From the NCBI GenBank assembly GCA_016787045.1, contig JAEUVA010000024.1, positions 33,618-97,617 of the forward strand: a DNA stretch of 64,000 nucleotides. The letters run 5' to 3'. A program made the translations under genes and the position numbers. Source of the stretch: Chitinophagales bacterium. Lineage in GTDB: Bacteria > Bacteroidota > Bacteroidia > Chitinophagales > LD1. Within the stretch, counting starts at the first letter, position 1. Each line of letters begins with the position of its first letter. The notes below the pieces were generated by a model. That model searched no databases. It worked only from the letters and a program-made list of their open reading frames with translations, and was not told where the DNA came from. Shown piece by piece: positions 49,801-58,853 of this stretch.

Positions 49801-50577
49801 ATCGTTTACCCAGAGCTTTAACGAGCCACTGGTGCCGGTGCGAAAAAAAACCTCTTGGTCTGCATTGCTTTTGATAAAAGTTTGCGCATACATAATGGAG
49901 TTATTGATACCCATGTAGTAATCAAAATCAAACCAGCGGTCGCTGCGAATGTGTGGTGGGGTGTACCATTTTACATCGGCATTTACTTTGTTTTTAAAAA
50001 CGGCATCAGGTTTTGGATTGGTCAACGCACCAAAGTCTTTACTAAATCCGCTACCGGAGGTATTGTCAAAGGTTCCTAGAATCTGCCATTGGTCTATGGT
50101 TCCCAACTTGCTGTAAGCATTTTCCGCTTGCTTGAAATCTCCGATAGCGGTATAGTGTTTTCCTAACATGGAGTGAGCCATGGCGCGAATGGTACTATTG
50201 GACTTAGCGTCATTGGCAATTTTATTTAAGAAGGCAATAGTTTCTTCGGTTTGTTTGCCTACACTATTGAATACCGCGGGGGTGTTCCATAATCCATAAA
50301 TGTAGGCATCGGCATTATTGCCAGTTTTAAAGAACTCCCGAAATGCTTTACTGCTGTTTGTGGCATCATCATTATTCCAATACCAAAAAGCCAACGCCAG
50401 TTGTGCATCGGCTTTAGTAATGGGGTCTGTTGCGGCTTGTTCAAACAATCGTTTGGCTTCATCGCGTTGGTTGTTATTAAAGGCCGCCCATCCATTCAGA
50501 AGGGCATCGCTGGCCGAGTTGGTTAGCGGAAAAGTGCCAATAAAAAATAGAAGGAAAGAGTAGCGCAGGAATGGCAT
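46819..50577 (-). CDS. TPR + DUF3857 + transglutaminase-like domain protein
   Basis: Signal peptide, many TPRs, LEVGD (DUF3857), putative triad GDCKD / FNHCI / ELTD, DUF3858-like C-terminus. Confidence 0.82.
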   Translation of the reverse strand: MPFLRYSFLLFFIGTFPLTNSASDALLNGWAAFNNNQRDEAKRLFEQAATDPITKADAQLALAFWYWNNDDATNSSKAFREFFKTGNNADAYIYGLWNTPAVFNSVGKQTEETIAFLNKIANDAKSNSTIRAMAHSMLGKHYTAIGDFKQAENAYSKLGTIDQWQILGTFDNTSGSGFSKDFGALTNPKPDAVFKNKVNADVKWYTPPHIRSDRWFDFDYYMGINNSIMYAQTFIKSNADQEVFFRTGTSGSLKLWVNDKLISNISDERNCDLDIYINNAKLKNGYNRVLIQIGESETENANFMLRVTDKEGNIITGISVKPEYQPYTKAEEYTVQSYPVFAEDFFENKIKTEPEKISHYILLAQVYMRNDKVYEARKVLKKAKELAPNSTFVSRILTEAFARDKNVTDLTKEYEKIKSTDPENVYSLKGLLDEANEREDYDEAEKILEKIKTLYGKNEFTDIQELNLLINRKRYDKLTTSAKELYAKYPDNYDLMAVNYQLEMSASKDLNNANKILTEYQKRNYSDKVLTTLADNYFKLGKNAEAYQLYQQRVEDFPYSIGYYGDLADLYYNAQDYNNAQKWAEKQLEFAPFIGSYWFKTGKVKRALGNEEGAKEDFKKAIYYTPTNYEARKQLRKLEGKKDLFENFEKTDAYELFKKSSGSKNYPEDNSIVLLNEVQRVVYPEGATEERVEVLIKILNQAGIDIWKEYSIGFNQYSQRLVIDKAEVIKKDGNKIQAEKNQAYIVFTNLEVGDAIHVSYRMENYNTGKLAQHFWEQFNFNYEFPSKVARYSLLIPAAKAFKHKTLRATAVKESIKDVDDMKLYVWEMNNQPAIEPEPYMSTLADVGAVLHITTLPDWKFVSNWYSDLSSSLAKTDFVIKEAVNELFKDKKNLSEIQKAKLIYEFIEQNVSYSSVPFMHGPIIPQKASRTLTTKLGDCKDVATLFVAMCKEVGLKANLILVDTRDNGDEHLTLPSIDFNHCIAQLTSGGKTYFIELTDQRLSFASLPFTDINSNALFIPRDGDAAAEKLMKLNNVNRVPNHIIRETNIKFDNNDLSLSRKNTKTGALASQMRNDYADLGKDKQEKVITQAVAADFTNPTKLSTLVFNDLKSLSDSVNYIYAITVKNELTEVVGIKILRIPWSEGIRSLDFLSQEKRDHPFLIWYWRADEVNRETMNIEIPKGKTLAETPKNVSLSCSVADYSLTYSTATAGKLKAVRELKIKKDVLPAAEYEQFREFVNKVAEADSKQIGFR

Positions 50578-50639
50578 GGTAAATTTTTTGTTGTTCCGAA
50601 TGTATTTAAACGACTGATAAATCGTAATTATTGCACTCC

Positions 50640-51242
50640 ATGAGCACCCTGTTGTCTTTGCCTTACTTGCCCTCTGTAGCGTGGATGGCAGTTTTTTTGA
50701 AAAGCGAAAATGTATGGATAGAAGCGCACGATAATTTTCAGAAATCTACATCGCGCAACCGCACTACTATAGCCGCAGCAAATGGTTTGCAACATCTGAG
50801 CATTCCGTTGGTTGGTGGTAGAGATACACACCGGCTGTATGGCGAAACAAAAATTTCATACACTGAAAATTGGCAGAAGAATCATTGGCGAAGTATAGTT
50901 AGCGCTTACAATCGCTCTCCATTTTTTGAGCACTACGCGTATTTTTTTGAGCCGTTTTACACACAAAGACACGAACAGTTATTTAAGTACAATTCGCAAC
51001 TGCTGAATACTATTTTACAAGCATTGAAAGCAAGCAAGGAGATTAGTTTTACAGAGCAATACGATGTTAATTTTTACACGCAAGACTTTCGAAAAAATGA
51101 ACCAGAACTTAATCTCCCTCGCTATTGGCAAGTGTTTGAAGACCGCAACGGTTTTCAACCGAAAGTGTGTGTGTTAGATTTGATTTTTAATCTGGGTCCG
51201 CAGGCGTTGGCTTATCTCAGCAAGTTGGAAGTTGTTCCATAA
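50640..51242 (+). CDS. wbqC: WbqC-like protein
   Basis: PYLP, FQK.T.RNR, LSIP, WQKNHW.SI..AY..SPFFE, Y.QVF, LDLIFN.GP. Confidence 0.85.
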   Translation: MSTLLSLPYLPSVAWMAVFLKSENVWIEAHDNFQKSTSRNRTTIAAANGLQHLSIPLVGGRDTHRLYGETKISYTENWQKNHWRSIVSAYNRSPFFEHYAYFFEPFYTQRHEQLFKYNSQLLNTILQALKASKEISFTEQYDVNFYTQDFRKNEPELNLPRYWQVFEDRNGFQPKVCVLDLIFNLGPQALAYLSKLEVVP

Positions 51243-51277
51243 AAAAACCTCCCTACACTTTGCAGTAGTAAGGAGGT
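51241..51277 (-). terminator. Probable terminator between convergent wbqC and DUF4476 genes
   Basis: ACCTCC...GGAGGT imperfect stem, followed on the minus strand by a T7 run. Confidence 0.45.
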
Positions 51278-51300
51278 AAACCCCGAGCTGAAAAAGTTTG

Positions 51301-52116
51301 TTATTGATTCATGGCTATAAAATCGCCAAGTGCGTTTACGCTGCTACTGAAACTAAACTGGTTGTTGATTACATAGTAGTTGTATTGATCCACTGTTTTA
51401 GGATACATCATCTTGGCAACTTCCAGCTTAGAACTTTCAAACCAAAACTGGCTCATCATTTCAGACACTTGCTGTGTGGTAAAGAAGTTGTACGGCAATG
51501 CCTGTTTCAATACACTCAACCGGGTACTTTCAAAACTTGCTTTGGCTACAGTTGCTTTGAGTTGTGTAAAATCGTTTTGGTGCATAGGTAGCGGTACTGG
51601 TGGAGTAACAGGTGCTTGTACTACAGGAGTGCCGCATTGGCCAGGGCCGGGTTGGTTTTGTGCCACCCAGTTGTGCATACCGGGCCGAGTAATCGGAAAA
51701 CCGTTCAAGGCCACTACGCGGTCAAATTTGATTTTGTTCATACCCAACATTACTGTTACAAACGCTTCGGTGCGTGGGTTGATGTCAATGTATCCGCGGT
51801 AAGCATTGTCTAAGCACTCAAACCCCCATGAGTTATCAATACTATACACCTGCATAAAGTGGCGCCCCGGTGTAAGGTTTGAAATGGTTGCGCGGCTATC
51901 CGTGGTATTGATGCTGATGCCGTCTATCATTACCCTAAACGGCATATCGTTGCTCATTCTTAGGTTTAACACGCTGGCTTCCATGGCCGGTTTAAACTGT
52001 GCGTAAGAAAAGTAAGCGGTTAGTGTAAGCACGGCCAGAACCATCACTTTTTTTAAACTGAGCGTAAAGCCCTCGTTACATCTTACGTTGCTGCTGGGTG
52101 TTGTGTGGGTTTCCAT
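51301..52116 (-). CDS. DUF4476 domain-containing secreted protein
   Basis: Signal peptide, N-terminal beta domain, Pro-rich linker, M...DF..L......SFES.RL...FWFESSKLEVAK..Y...VD..NY...F.FSSS. Confidence 0.8.
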   Translation of the reverse strand: METHTTPSSNVRCNEGFTLSLKKVMVLAVLTLTAYFSYAQFKPAMEASVLNLRMSNDMPFRVMIDGISINTTDSRATISNLTPGRHFMQVYSIDNSWGFECLDNAYRGYIDINPRTEAFVTVMLGMNKIKFDRVVALNGFPITRPGMHNWVAQNQPGPGQCGTPVVQAPVTPPVPLPMHQNDFTQLKATVAKASFESTRLSVLKQALPYNFFTTQQVSEMMSQFWFESSKLEVAKMMYPKTVDQYNYYVINNQFSFSSSVNALGDFIAMNQ

Positions 52117-52362
52117 AACTTGTTCCTCCTTATTTTGTTTTTGTTGTTGTGGTGAACGTTATACAGGTAAGATGCGCGAATGGCAGATGCGTTTAACGAG
52201 GGTGATTTCTTGTGCCTAAAAAATGCGCGAAACGCAATGTAGGTAAGGGTTTCAGCCGATTGTGAAAAAATGTAAATGCATTTCTTTTAACGAGTTATGG
52301 CTAGAGCCGTGGAGTAAAATATTGCTTCTGCGCATCCGAAAGTTCTGCTAAACTTGCAAAGC

Positions 52363-54321
52363 GTGATTTCGGTATCTACCATACAGAAAATTAATGACGA
52401 AGCCCGTGTAGAAGACATAGTAGGCGAGTTTGTAACCCTCAAAAAACGGGGTGCAAATCTGCAAGGGCTATGCCCATTTCACAACGAAAAAACACCATCG
52501 TTTAACGTAAGCCCGGCAAAAAACATTTACAAATGTTTTGGCTGTGGCAAGGCAGGCGGGCCGCTCAATTTTTTGATGGATTACCAGCAAATGAGTTACC
52601 CCGATGCACTTCGCTACGTAGCCAAAAAATACGGTATAGAAATAGAAGAAACCGAACGCACAGATGAAGAAAAGCAACGCGAGTTAGAGCAGCACAACCT
52701 CACCGAAAGTATTTTGATTGCCAACACAGCGGCACAAAAATTTTTTACGGATTACATGCTGCACAACGAAAACGGCAAAATAGGTTTGGCATATTTTAAA
52801 GAGCGGGGTTTTCTTACTTCTACTATCGAAAAATTTCAGTTGGGTTTTGCTCCCGATGCGGGTGATGCATTTACGAAACATGCCCTGCAAAACGGGTATC
52901 AGTTAGATATTCTCAAAAAAGCCGGGCTTACCTCACCTAAAGAAAACAGCACCTACGATTTTTTTAGAAACCGAGTGATGTTTCCGATACATAACCTCAC
53001 CGGCAAGGTAGTGGCCTTTGGTGGGCGAATTATGGGCAAAGATGAAAAGGCGCCCAAGTATGTGAATACACCGGAGAGCGAAGTGTACATCAAAAGCAAG
53101 GTGCTGTACGGGTTGTTTTTTTCTAAAAACGACATCCGCAAAAAAGACGAATGCCTGCTTGTAGAAGGTTATACAGATGTGATTTCTCTGCACCAAAATG
53201 GAATAGAAAATGTGGTGGCTTCGTCAGGCACTGCGCTTACGCAAGAGCAAATACGGTTGGTTAAACGCATTACTTCAAATATTACTTTGATATATGATGG
53301 AGATGCAGCAGGTATTAAAGCTGCGCTACGCGGTACCGATTTGATACTGGAAGAAGGCATGAATGTGCGCATAGTGGTTTTGCCCGCACCCGAAGATCCC
53401 GACTCTTATGTGCGCAAAGTAGGAGCAGAAGATTTTCAGAAATATGTACAGCAAAACAAGCGCGACCTCATTAGTTTCAAAACCTCCATGTTGGCCGAAG
53501 AAGCCAAGCAAGACCCTATTCAAAAGGCAAAACTTATTCGCGAAATCATAGAGTCTATCGCCAAAATTCCGGATCAGATACAACGCTCTGTTTATATCAA
53601 GCAAAGTAGCCAGTTGTTTGATATGCACGAGCAGATATTGATTACCGAAGTCAATAAGCTTAGGCGAAAACGAGTAAAGGAAGCAGAGCAAGCCATTAAC
53701 CCCGAGCAGCAATTGGTGCAAGCAGCCAACGAGGCGCAAGAACAAAAAGCACTGGCAGATATACACGGTGAACAACTAAATGAAGCATCCGGAAACTTGC
53801 CATTACTTGAGCGCGAAGTAGTGCGTGTGCTTATGGAATTTGGTAGTTGGCAGTTGTTGGTAGAAGAAACCATGACCACCGTTACCGCATTTGTACTTGC
53901 CGAACTGGAGGGTTTAGAAATTCAAACTCCGCGCTTACAAAAAACCTATGGCTACATTAAGAGTGAGTTTGCGCAGGGCAATGTGCATGACGAAAAACAT
54001 TTCCTGCAACATGACGATATTGAAGTTGCTTCGCTGGCTATAGAAATATTGGCACAACCCTACTCGCTAAGCGAAAACTGGTGGAATAAGTATCAGGTAG
54101 TAGTGCCCGAAAAGCGAAATATTTTTGCCCGCGATATTCAATCGGTGCTCAACCACTACAAGCGGCACATTACCACAGAAGAAATCAAAAAAGTAAACGC
54201 AGCTATCAAAAAGGCATCGGAAGAAGGCAACGAAGAAGAGCTAATGAATTTGCTCAAAGACCACCGCCTGCTCACGGAGCAAAAGAAGGAGATTTCAAAA
54301 AACTCCGGAACTGTTATTTAG
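52363..54321 (+). CDS. dnaG: DNA primase
   Basis: CPFH.EKTPSF...YKCFGCG zinc finger, FRNRVMFPI, FGGR, KYVNTPE, TOPRIM VEGYTDV / YDGDAAG / DPD; probable GTG start. Confidence 0.97.
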   Translation: MISVSTIQKINDEARVEDIVGEFVTLKKRGANLQGLCPFHNEKTPSFNVSPAKNIYKCFGCGKAGGPLNFLMDYQQMSYPDALRYVAKKYGIEIEETERTDEEKQRELEQHNLTESILIANTAAQKFFTDYMLHNENGKIGLAYFKERGFLTSTIEKFQLGFAPDAGDAFTKHALQNGYQLDILKKAGLTSPKENSTYDFFRNRVMFPIHNLTGKVVAFGGRIMGKDEKAPKYVNTPESEVYIKSKVLYGLFFSKNDIRKKDECLLVEGYTDVISLHQNGIENVVASSGTALTQEQIRLVKRITSNITLIYDGDAAGIKAALRGTDLILEEGMNVRIVVLPAPEDPDSYVRKVGAEDFQKYVQQNKRDLISFKTSMLAEEAKQDPIQKAKLIREIIESIAKIPDQIQRSVYIKQSSQLFDMHEQILITEVNKLRRKRVKEAEQAINPEQQLVQAANEAQEQKALADIHGEQLNEASGNLPLLEREVVRVLMEFGSWQLLVEETMTTVTAFVLAELEGLEIQTPRLQKTYGYIKSEFAQGNVHDEKHFLQHDDIEVASLAIEILAQPYSLSENWWNKYQVVVPEKRNIFARDIQSVLNHYKRHITTEEIKKVNAAIKKASEEGNEEELMNLLKDHRLLTEQKKEISKNSGTVI

Positions 54322-54397
54322 CCCCCTCGTTTACAACTTTACCCCTCTGTTTGTTGTTTATACAACTATTTTATCTTCGTTGGCTTTTAAAAAATTG

Positions 54398-57226
54398 ATG
54401 ATGAACAAAATATTGCTCTCGCTACTATTTTTGGTTACTACCCTGGCTTCTACCGCACAACAGAATTTTGTGCGCTGCTCAACCATGGAAGACGACTCTA
54501 TGCTTCGCGCTTCGCGCCCCATGGAAAGCATGGCCGATTTTGAAAACTGGTTGCAAGCAAAAATTGCCCTATACAAAAACTCAGACGAGTACAAGAGCGG
54601 TAGCCGCGCTGTGGTTACCATTCCGGTAATCTTTCACATTATACACGATGGCGATGCTGTAGGCAGTGGAGAAAACATTGCAGCATCCAGAGTAACCAGC
54701 GCCATCACGGTGCTCAATAACGATTTTCGTAAACTATTTGGCACTAACGGATATAACACTCACCCTGCCGGTGCGGATTGTGAAATAGAATTTTGTGCTG
54801 CAGTGGTTGACCCCAATGGAAATGTGCTGACAGAGCCGGGCGTTAACAGAGTAAACATGGGGCAAGCCATTTGGACACAAACAGACGTAAACAGTACTGT
54901 AAAACCACAAACTCAGTGGGATCCTACAAGATACTATAACATATGGTCGGTAGCTTTTGGCGGCTCATCATCTAACTTGCTGGGCTATGCGCAATTTCCG
55001 AGCAGTTCGGGTTTGCAGGGTTTAAACAACAACGGTGGCTCAGCTACTACCGATGGAGTAGTAGTGCGCTATACTTCGGTAGGACTAAGCGGCAGTAGTA
55101 ATGCCCCTTACAATTTAGGCAGAACCCTCGTTCACGAAACCGGCCATTGGTTGGGCTTGCGGCATATCTGGGGAGATAGCAATTGCGGAAATGATTACTG
55201 CAACGATACTCCTACAGCTGCCGAAGCCAACTATGGTTGCCCTACAAAAAACAGTTGCAACGATGGCACACCTGACCCTAACGATATGGTGCAAAACTAT
55301 ATGGACTACAGCAACGATGCTTGCATGAATATTTTTACTAATGATCAAAAAACGCGGATGCTTACTGTGCTCACCAACAGTCCGCGCAGGGCAAGTTTGT
55401 TGAATAGCAACGTGTGCTCTGTACCACTTACTTTTTCATACACCGGTAGGGTAGTAGATGCAAGCACCAACCAAGGAATAGCAAATGCCAAGGTATTGTT
55501 TGATGGCCCCTCGGATTATACACCTACCACAGATGCTAATGGCTATTTTACCATTGCCAATTTGCAACAGAATAACTACAACGTGTATGCCGGTAAATGG
55601 GGATACGTAACCGGCTATTTGCCCTCACAGGCATTTACGCCTGCCACACCGCAAATTGTAGTTGCATTAGACTCTGGATATTATGATGATTTTATATTTG
55701 ACTTCAACTGGACGGTAAGTACCACTGCAACATCAGGTGCTTGGGTGCGTGGTAATCCGGTAGGTACTACTTATACTGCCAACAACGTAACCTACCAAAG
55801 CAACCCCGGTGCAGATGTAACAGGCGATAACGGCACACAGGCCTTTGTAACCGGCAACGCAGGCGGCCAAGCCGGTGCTGATGATGTGGATGGAGGCACT
55901 ACCACCCTCACCTCACCGGTGATGAATTTGAGCAACTACACAGATCCACTAGTGCGCTACTACCGATGGTTTTTTAATAATGGCGGAAGCGGCACTCCTG
56001 ATGATTCACTAGTAGTATCCTTAGTGAACGGCACACAAGTGATAGATATAGATAAAGTAGGGCAGGGGGCAAACAGTAATCAGTGGTTGAGCAGAAGCTA
56101 TCGAATAAAAGATTATATCAGTAACCCCGGAAACAACGTGTATTTCAGAGTAAGAACGTTTGACTCACCTACCGGACATTTGGTAGAGGGCGGCTTAGAT
56201 TTGTTCAGAGTAATTGATTCTACGGCTACCAGCGGCATACCGCCAATTGCCAATTTTGCAGCGAGTGCTACGCAGGTATGTGCCGGTGAGCAAATTGCAT
56301 TCAGCGATTTGAGCAGCAATAACCCCAATCAGTGGCAGTGGACATTTCAGGGTGGTACTCCGGGTACATCTACACAACAAAATCCGAGTATAACCTACAA
56401 TACACCCGGTACTTTTGCAGTAACACTTAAAGCAACCAACCTTTCCGGAAATAATACGATGACGCAAACCGGCTACATTACTGTAACACCGGTGGTAGCT
56501 AAGTTTTCGCAAGACCTGCTGAGTGTATGCCCCGGCTACTCGGTTACATATACCAACGAAAGCGAATGTAATGCCACATCGGTAAAATGGATTTTTCAGG
56601 GCGGAGATCCGCTTACTTCTACCGATTTGAACCCTACTGTGCTTTATACTACTGCTGGTTACTACGATGTAACTTTGGTAGCCACCAATACCAGTGGCAG
56701 CGATACCTTGATAGAGAATCTGGCGGTTTTGGTGTATTCTCCACCTACGCTCAGCACCACTGTATTGCCCGATACTAATAATACAGCTCTTGGTTCAGCC
56801 ACGGTAAACGTGAGTGGTGGTACCATACCCTATACCTACAAATGGAACACCAATCCGCAGCAAACTACCGCCACTGCTTCTAACCTCCCGGCAGGTATAT
56901 ATAATGTAACCGTAACCGATGGTAACGGTTGCAATTCTATTACCAGCGTAAATGTGGGAAATGTTGAAGTAATAGGTTTAAGCGAATTGAAAGATTTAGG
57001 AGTTAAAATTTATCCAAACCCAACTAAAGATGTTTACCATGTAGCGGTACAGAAAAATGCTACGGCAGCCCTTTACAATAATCTAGGCGAGGTAGTTTGG
57101 ACAAATTATTTATTACTGCCAAGTGTTACCTACACTATACCTGCCAGCCAGCTTAGTGCAGGTATCTATCACCTGAAATTAGTTTCGCAGGAGGGAACTT
57201 TTAGCGTAAAATTAGTGAAGGAGTAG
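54398..57226 (+). CDS. M43 (pappalysin/ulilysin-like) zinc metalloprotease with PKD domains and T9SS type A CTD
   Basis: Pro-region RC, IPVIFHII, LLGYAQFP, GRTLVHETGHWLGLRHIWGD, Met-turn NYMDYS; two PKD domains (W.W.F.GG.P), SprB repeat, IYPNP...AGIY CTD. Confidence 0.9.
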   Translation: MMNKILLSLLFLVTTLASTAQQNFVRCSTMEDDSMLRASRPMESMADFENWLQAKIALYKNSDEYKSGSRAVVTIPVIFHIIHDGDAVGSGENIAASRVTSAITVLNNDFRKLFGTNGYNTHPAGADCEIEFCAAVVDPNGNVLTEPGVNRVNMGQAIWTQTDVNSTVKPQTQWDPTRYYNIWSVAFGGSSSNLLGYAQFPSSSGLQGLNNNGGSATTDGVVVRYTSVGLSGSSNAPYNLGRTLVHETGHWLGLRHIWGDSNCGNDYCNDTPTAAEANYGCPTKNSCNDGTPDPNDMVQNYMDYSNDACMNIFTNDQKTRMLTVLTNSPRRASLLNSNVCSVPLTFSYTGRVVDASTNQGIANAKVLFDGPSDYTPTTDANGYFTIANLQQNNYNVYAGKWGYVTGYLPSQAFTPATPQIVVALDSGYYDDFIFDFNWTVSTTATSGAWVRGNPVGTTYTANNVTYQSNPGADVTGDNGTQAFVTGNAGGQAGADDVDGGTTTLTSPVMNLSNYTDPLVRYYRWFFNNGGSGTPDDSLVVSLVNGTQVIDIDKVGQGANSNQWLSRSYRIKDYISNPGNNVYFRVRTFDSPTGHLVEGGLDLFRVIDSTATSGIPPIANFAASATQVCAGEQIAFSDLSSNNPNQWQWTFQGGTPGTSTQQNPSITYNTPGTFAVTLKATNLSGNNTMTQTGYITVTPVVAKFSQDLLSVCPGYSVTYTNESECNATSVKWIFQGGDPLTSTDLNPTVLYTTAGYYDVTLVATNTSGSDTLIENLAVLVYSPPTLSTTVLPDTNNTALGSATVNVSGGTIPYTYKWNTNPQQTTATASNLPAGIYNVTVTDGNGCNSITSVNVGNVEVIGLSELKDLGVKIYPNPTKDVYHVAVQKNATAALYNNLGEVVWTNYLLLPSVTYTIPASQLSAGIYHLKLVSQEGTFSVKLVKE

Positions 57227-57241
57227 TTCGTCTTTAGCAGT

Positions 57242-57895
57242 ATGATTCAACGTGTAGCTATATTGTGTTTGGTATTGCTGCTAAGTGTTTCGGCAGGTAT
57301 CAAAAAAACATTGCCGGAAGAAGTAGTGAGCAGTAATGATGCGCTTACATCTATTACAAAAGAACTGTACATAAAAACCGGTCTGAAAGGCGTGTTAAGT
57401 TACGAAGCATTTCAACGGGCAGTACAGGGGGTAAAGCAATATAGTCCGGCAAAAACTATCGTTGCGGTTTGCGATTTTTCTAAACCATCCACCCAAGAAA
57501 GATTTTTTGTAATAGACATGCAAAAGGGTGAAGTGTTACTCAAATCTTTGGTTGCACACGGTAAAAACTCCGGAGAGCTAATGGCTACCACATTTTCTAA
57601 TCAGCCGCAGTCACTGCAAAGCAGCTTGGGTTTTTATCAGATTGGAGAAGTGATTCAAAGTCCCAAGCATGGTATCGCACTTTTATTAGAGGGCTTAGAA
57701 AAAGGGGTGAACCACAATGCCCGCCAGCGCGAAGTTATTATTCACGGAGCCGATTATGTTTCGGAGGCGTTTATTGCTGCCCATGGTCGGCTTGGTCGCA
57801 GTTTTGGCTGCCCCGCACTACCCAATGAAGTGATGAAAAAAGCAGCGCCATTGCTTTGCAATGGCGCGTTGTTATATGTGTTTGCTAAGCAGTAG
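57242..57895 (+). CDS. Murein L,D-transpeptidase catalytic domain family (YkuD_2)
   Basis: DFSKPS...R, VAHG.NSG, FSN...S..SSLG, IHGADY, GRSFGCPA. Confidence 0.88.
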   Translation: MIQRVAILCLVLLLSVSAGIKKTLPEEVVSSNDALTSITKELYIKTGLKGVLSYEAFQRAVQGVKQYSPAKTIVAVCDFSKPSTQERFFVIDMQKGEVLLKSLVAHGKNSGELMATTFSNQPQSLQSSLGFYQIGEVIQSPKHGIALLLEGLEKGVNHNARQREVIIHGADYVSEAFIAAHGRLGRSFGCPALPNEVMKKAAPLLCNGALLYVFAKQ

Positions 57896-57901
57896 CAATT
57901 T

Positions 57902-58777
57902 TTAATCACCATCAATATACCGTTTGGTAATTGGTTGATAGGAATCAATTCTGCGGTCGCGCAGAAAAGGCCAATGTGTGCGGTAAAAGTCAGTTTTCTT
58001 TAAATCAATTTCTACTACTGCATTCTCTTCATCATCATGCGAAGCCAGGTACTCTAATTTTCCGAACGGATTGCTCACAAAACTTCCACCCCAAAATTTC
58101 ATAGCTCCCTTTTGCTCTAAGCCCACCCGGTTTACACTAACCACATGCACCCCGTTTGACACGGCATGCGCACGCTGCATGGTTTGCCAGGCGTTGTATT
58201 GCTCTTGATTGGTGGCTTCGTCTTGCGCAGTAGCCCAACCAATGGCAGTGGGGTAAAAAAGTATCTCCGCACCCATCAGCGAAGTGATACGCGCTGCCTC
58301 AGGGTACCACTGATCCCAGCAAATCAATACACCAATGGTGGCAAACTTTGTTTTGAAAACTTTGTACCCCAAATCACCAGGAGTAAAGTAAAATTTTTCG
58401 TAATATGCCGGATCGTCCGGAATATGCATTTTGCGGTACTTGCCCAAATATGAGCCATCGGCATCGAGCACGGCAGTAGTGTTGTGGTACAATCCTTCGG
58501 TACGTTTCTCGAACAAAGAAGCAATAATGACTACGCCCAATTCTTTGGCTACTTTACTTAGTGCATCGGTGCTAGGGCCGGGAATTTGCTCTGCTAGCTT
58601 AAAATTTTCATAATCTTCTACATCGCAAAAATACAGGGAGGTAAACAATTCTTGCAAGCAAACTATCTGCGCGCCTTTAGCAGCCGCATCACGTATGCCG
58701 GCTATGGCTTTATCTAAATTGGGTTGGTGCTCCCGCACACAACTCATTTGTACTAAACCTACCTTTATTTTGCTCAT
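57902..58777 (-). CDS. Carbon-nitrogen hydrolase, N-carbamoylputrescine amidase-like
   Basis: Triad LQELF / YRKMHIP / ICWDQW; YYEKFYF.PGD, YPTAIG, FLRDRR. Confidence 0.88.
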   Translation of the reverse strand: MSKIKVGLVQMSCVREHQPNLDKAIAGIRDAAAKGAQIVCLQELFTSLYFCDVEDYENFKLAEQIPGPSTDALSKVAKELGVVIIASLFEKRTEGLYHNTTAVLDADGSYLGKYRKMHIPDDPAYYEKFYFTPGDLGYKVFKTKFATIGVLICWDQWYPEAARITSLMGAEILFYPTAIGWATAQDEATNQEQYNAWQTMQRAHAVSNGVHVVSVNRVGLEQKGAMKFWGGSFVSNPFGKLEYLASHDDEENAVVEIDLKKTDFYRTHWPFLRDRRIDSYQPITKRYIDGD

Positions 58778-58853
58778 GAGGTAAAAATTGAGCCGCGAAA
58801 ATAACATAGCAAAGCAATTTGCCTGCTACTCCAAATCGCATTGAAACAGATGG

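Noticed and set aside
52150-52300. Short repeats (ATGCGCGAA twice, TTTAACGAG twice) and a possible ECF promoter between the DUF4476 gene and dnaG
   Set aside because: The spacing is irregular and the matches are too short to distinguish from chance by eye.
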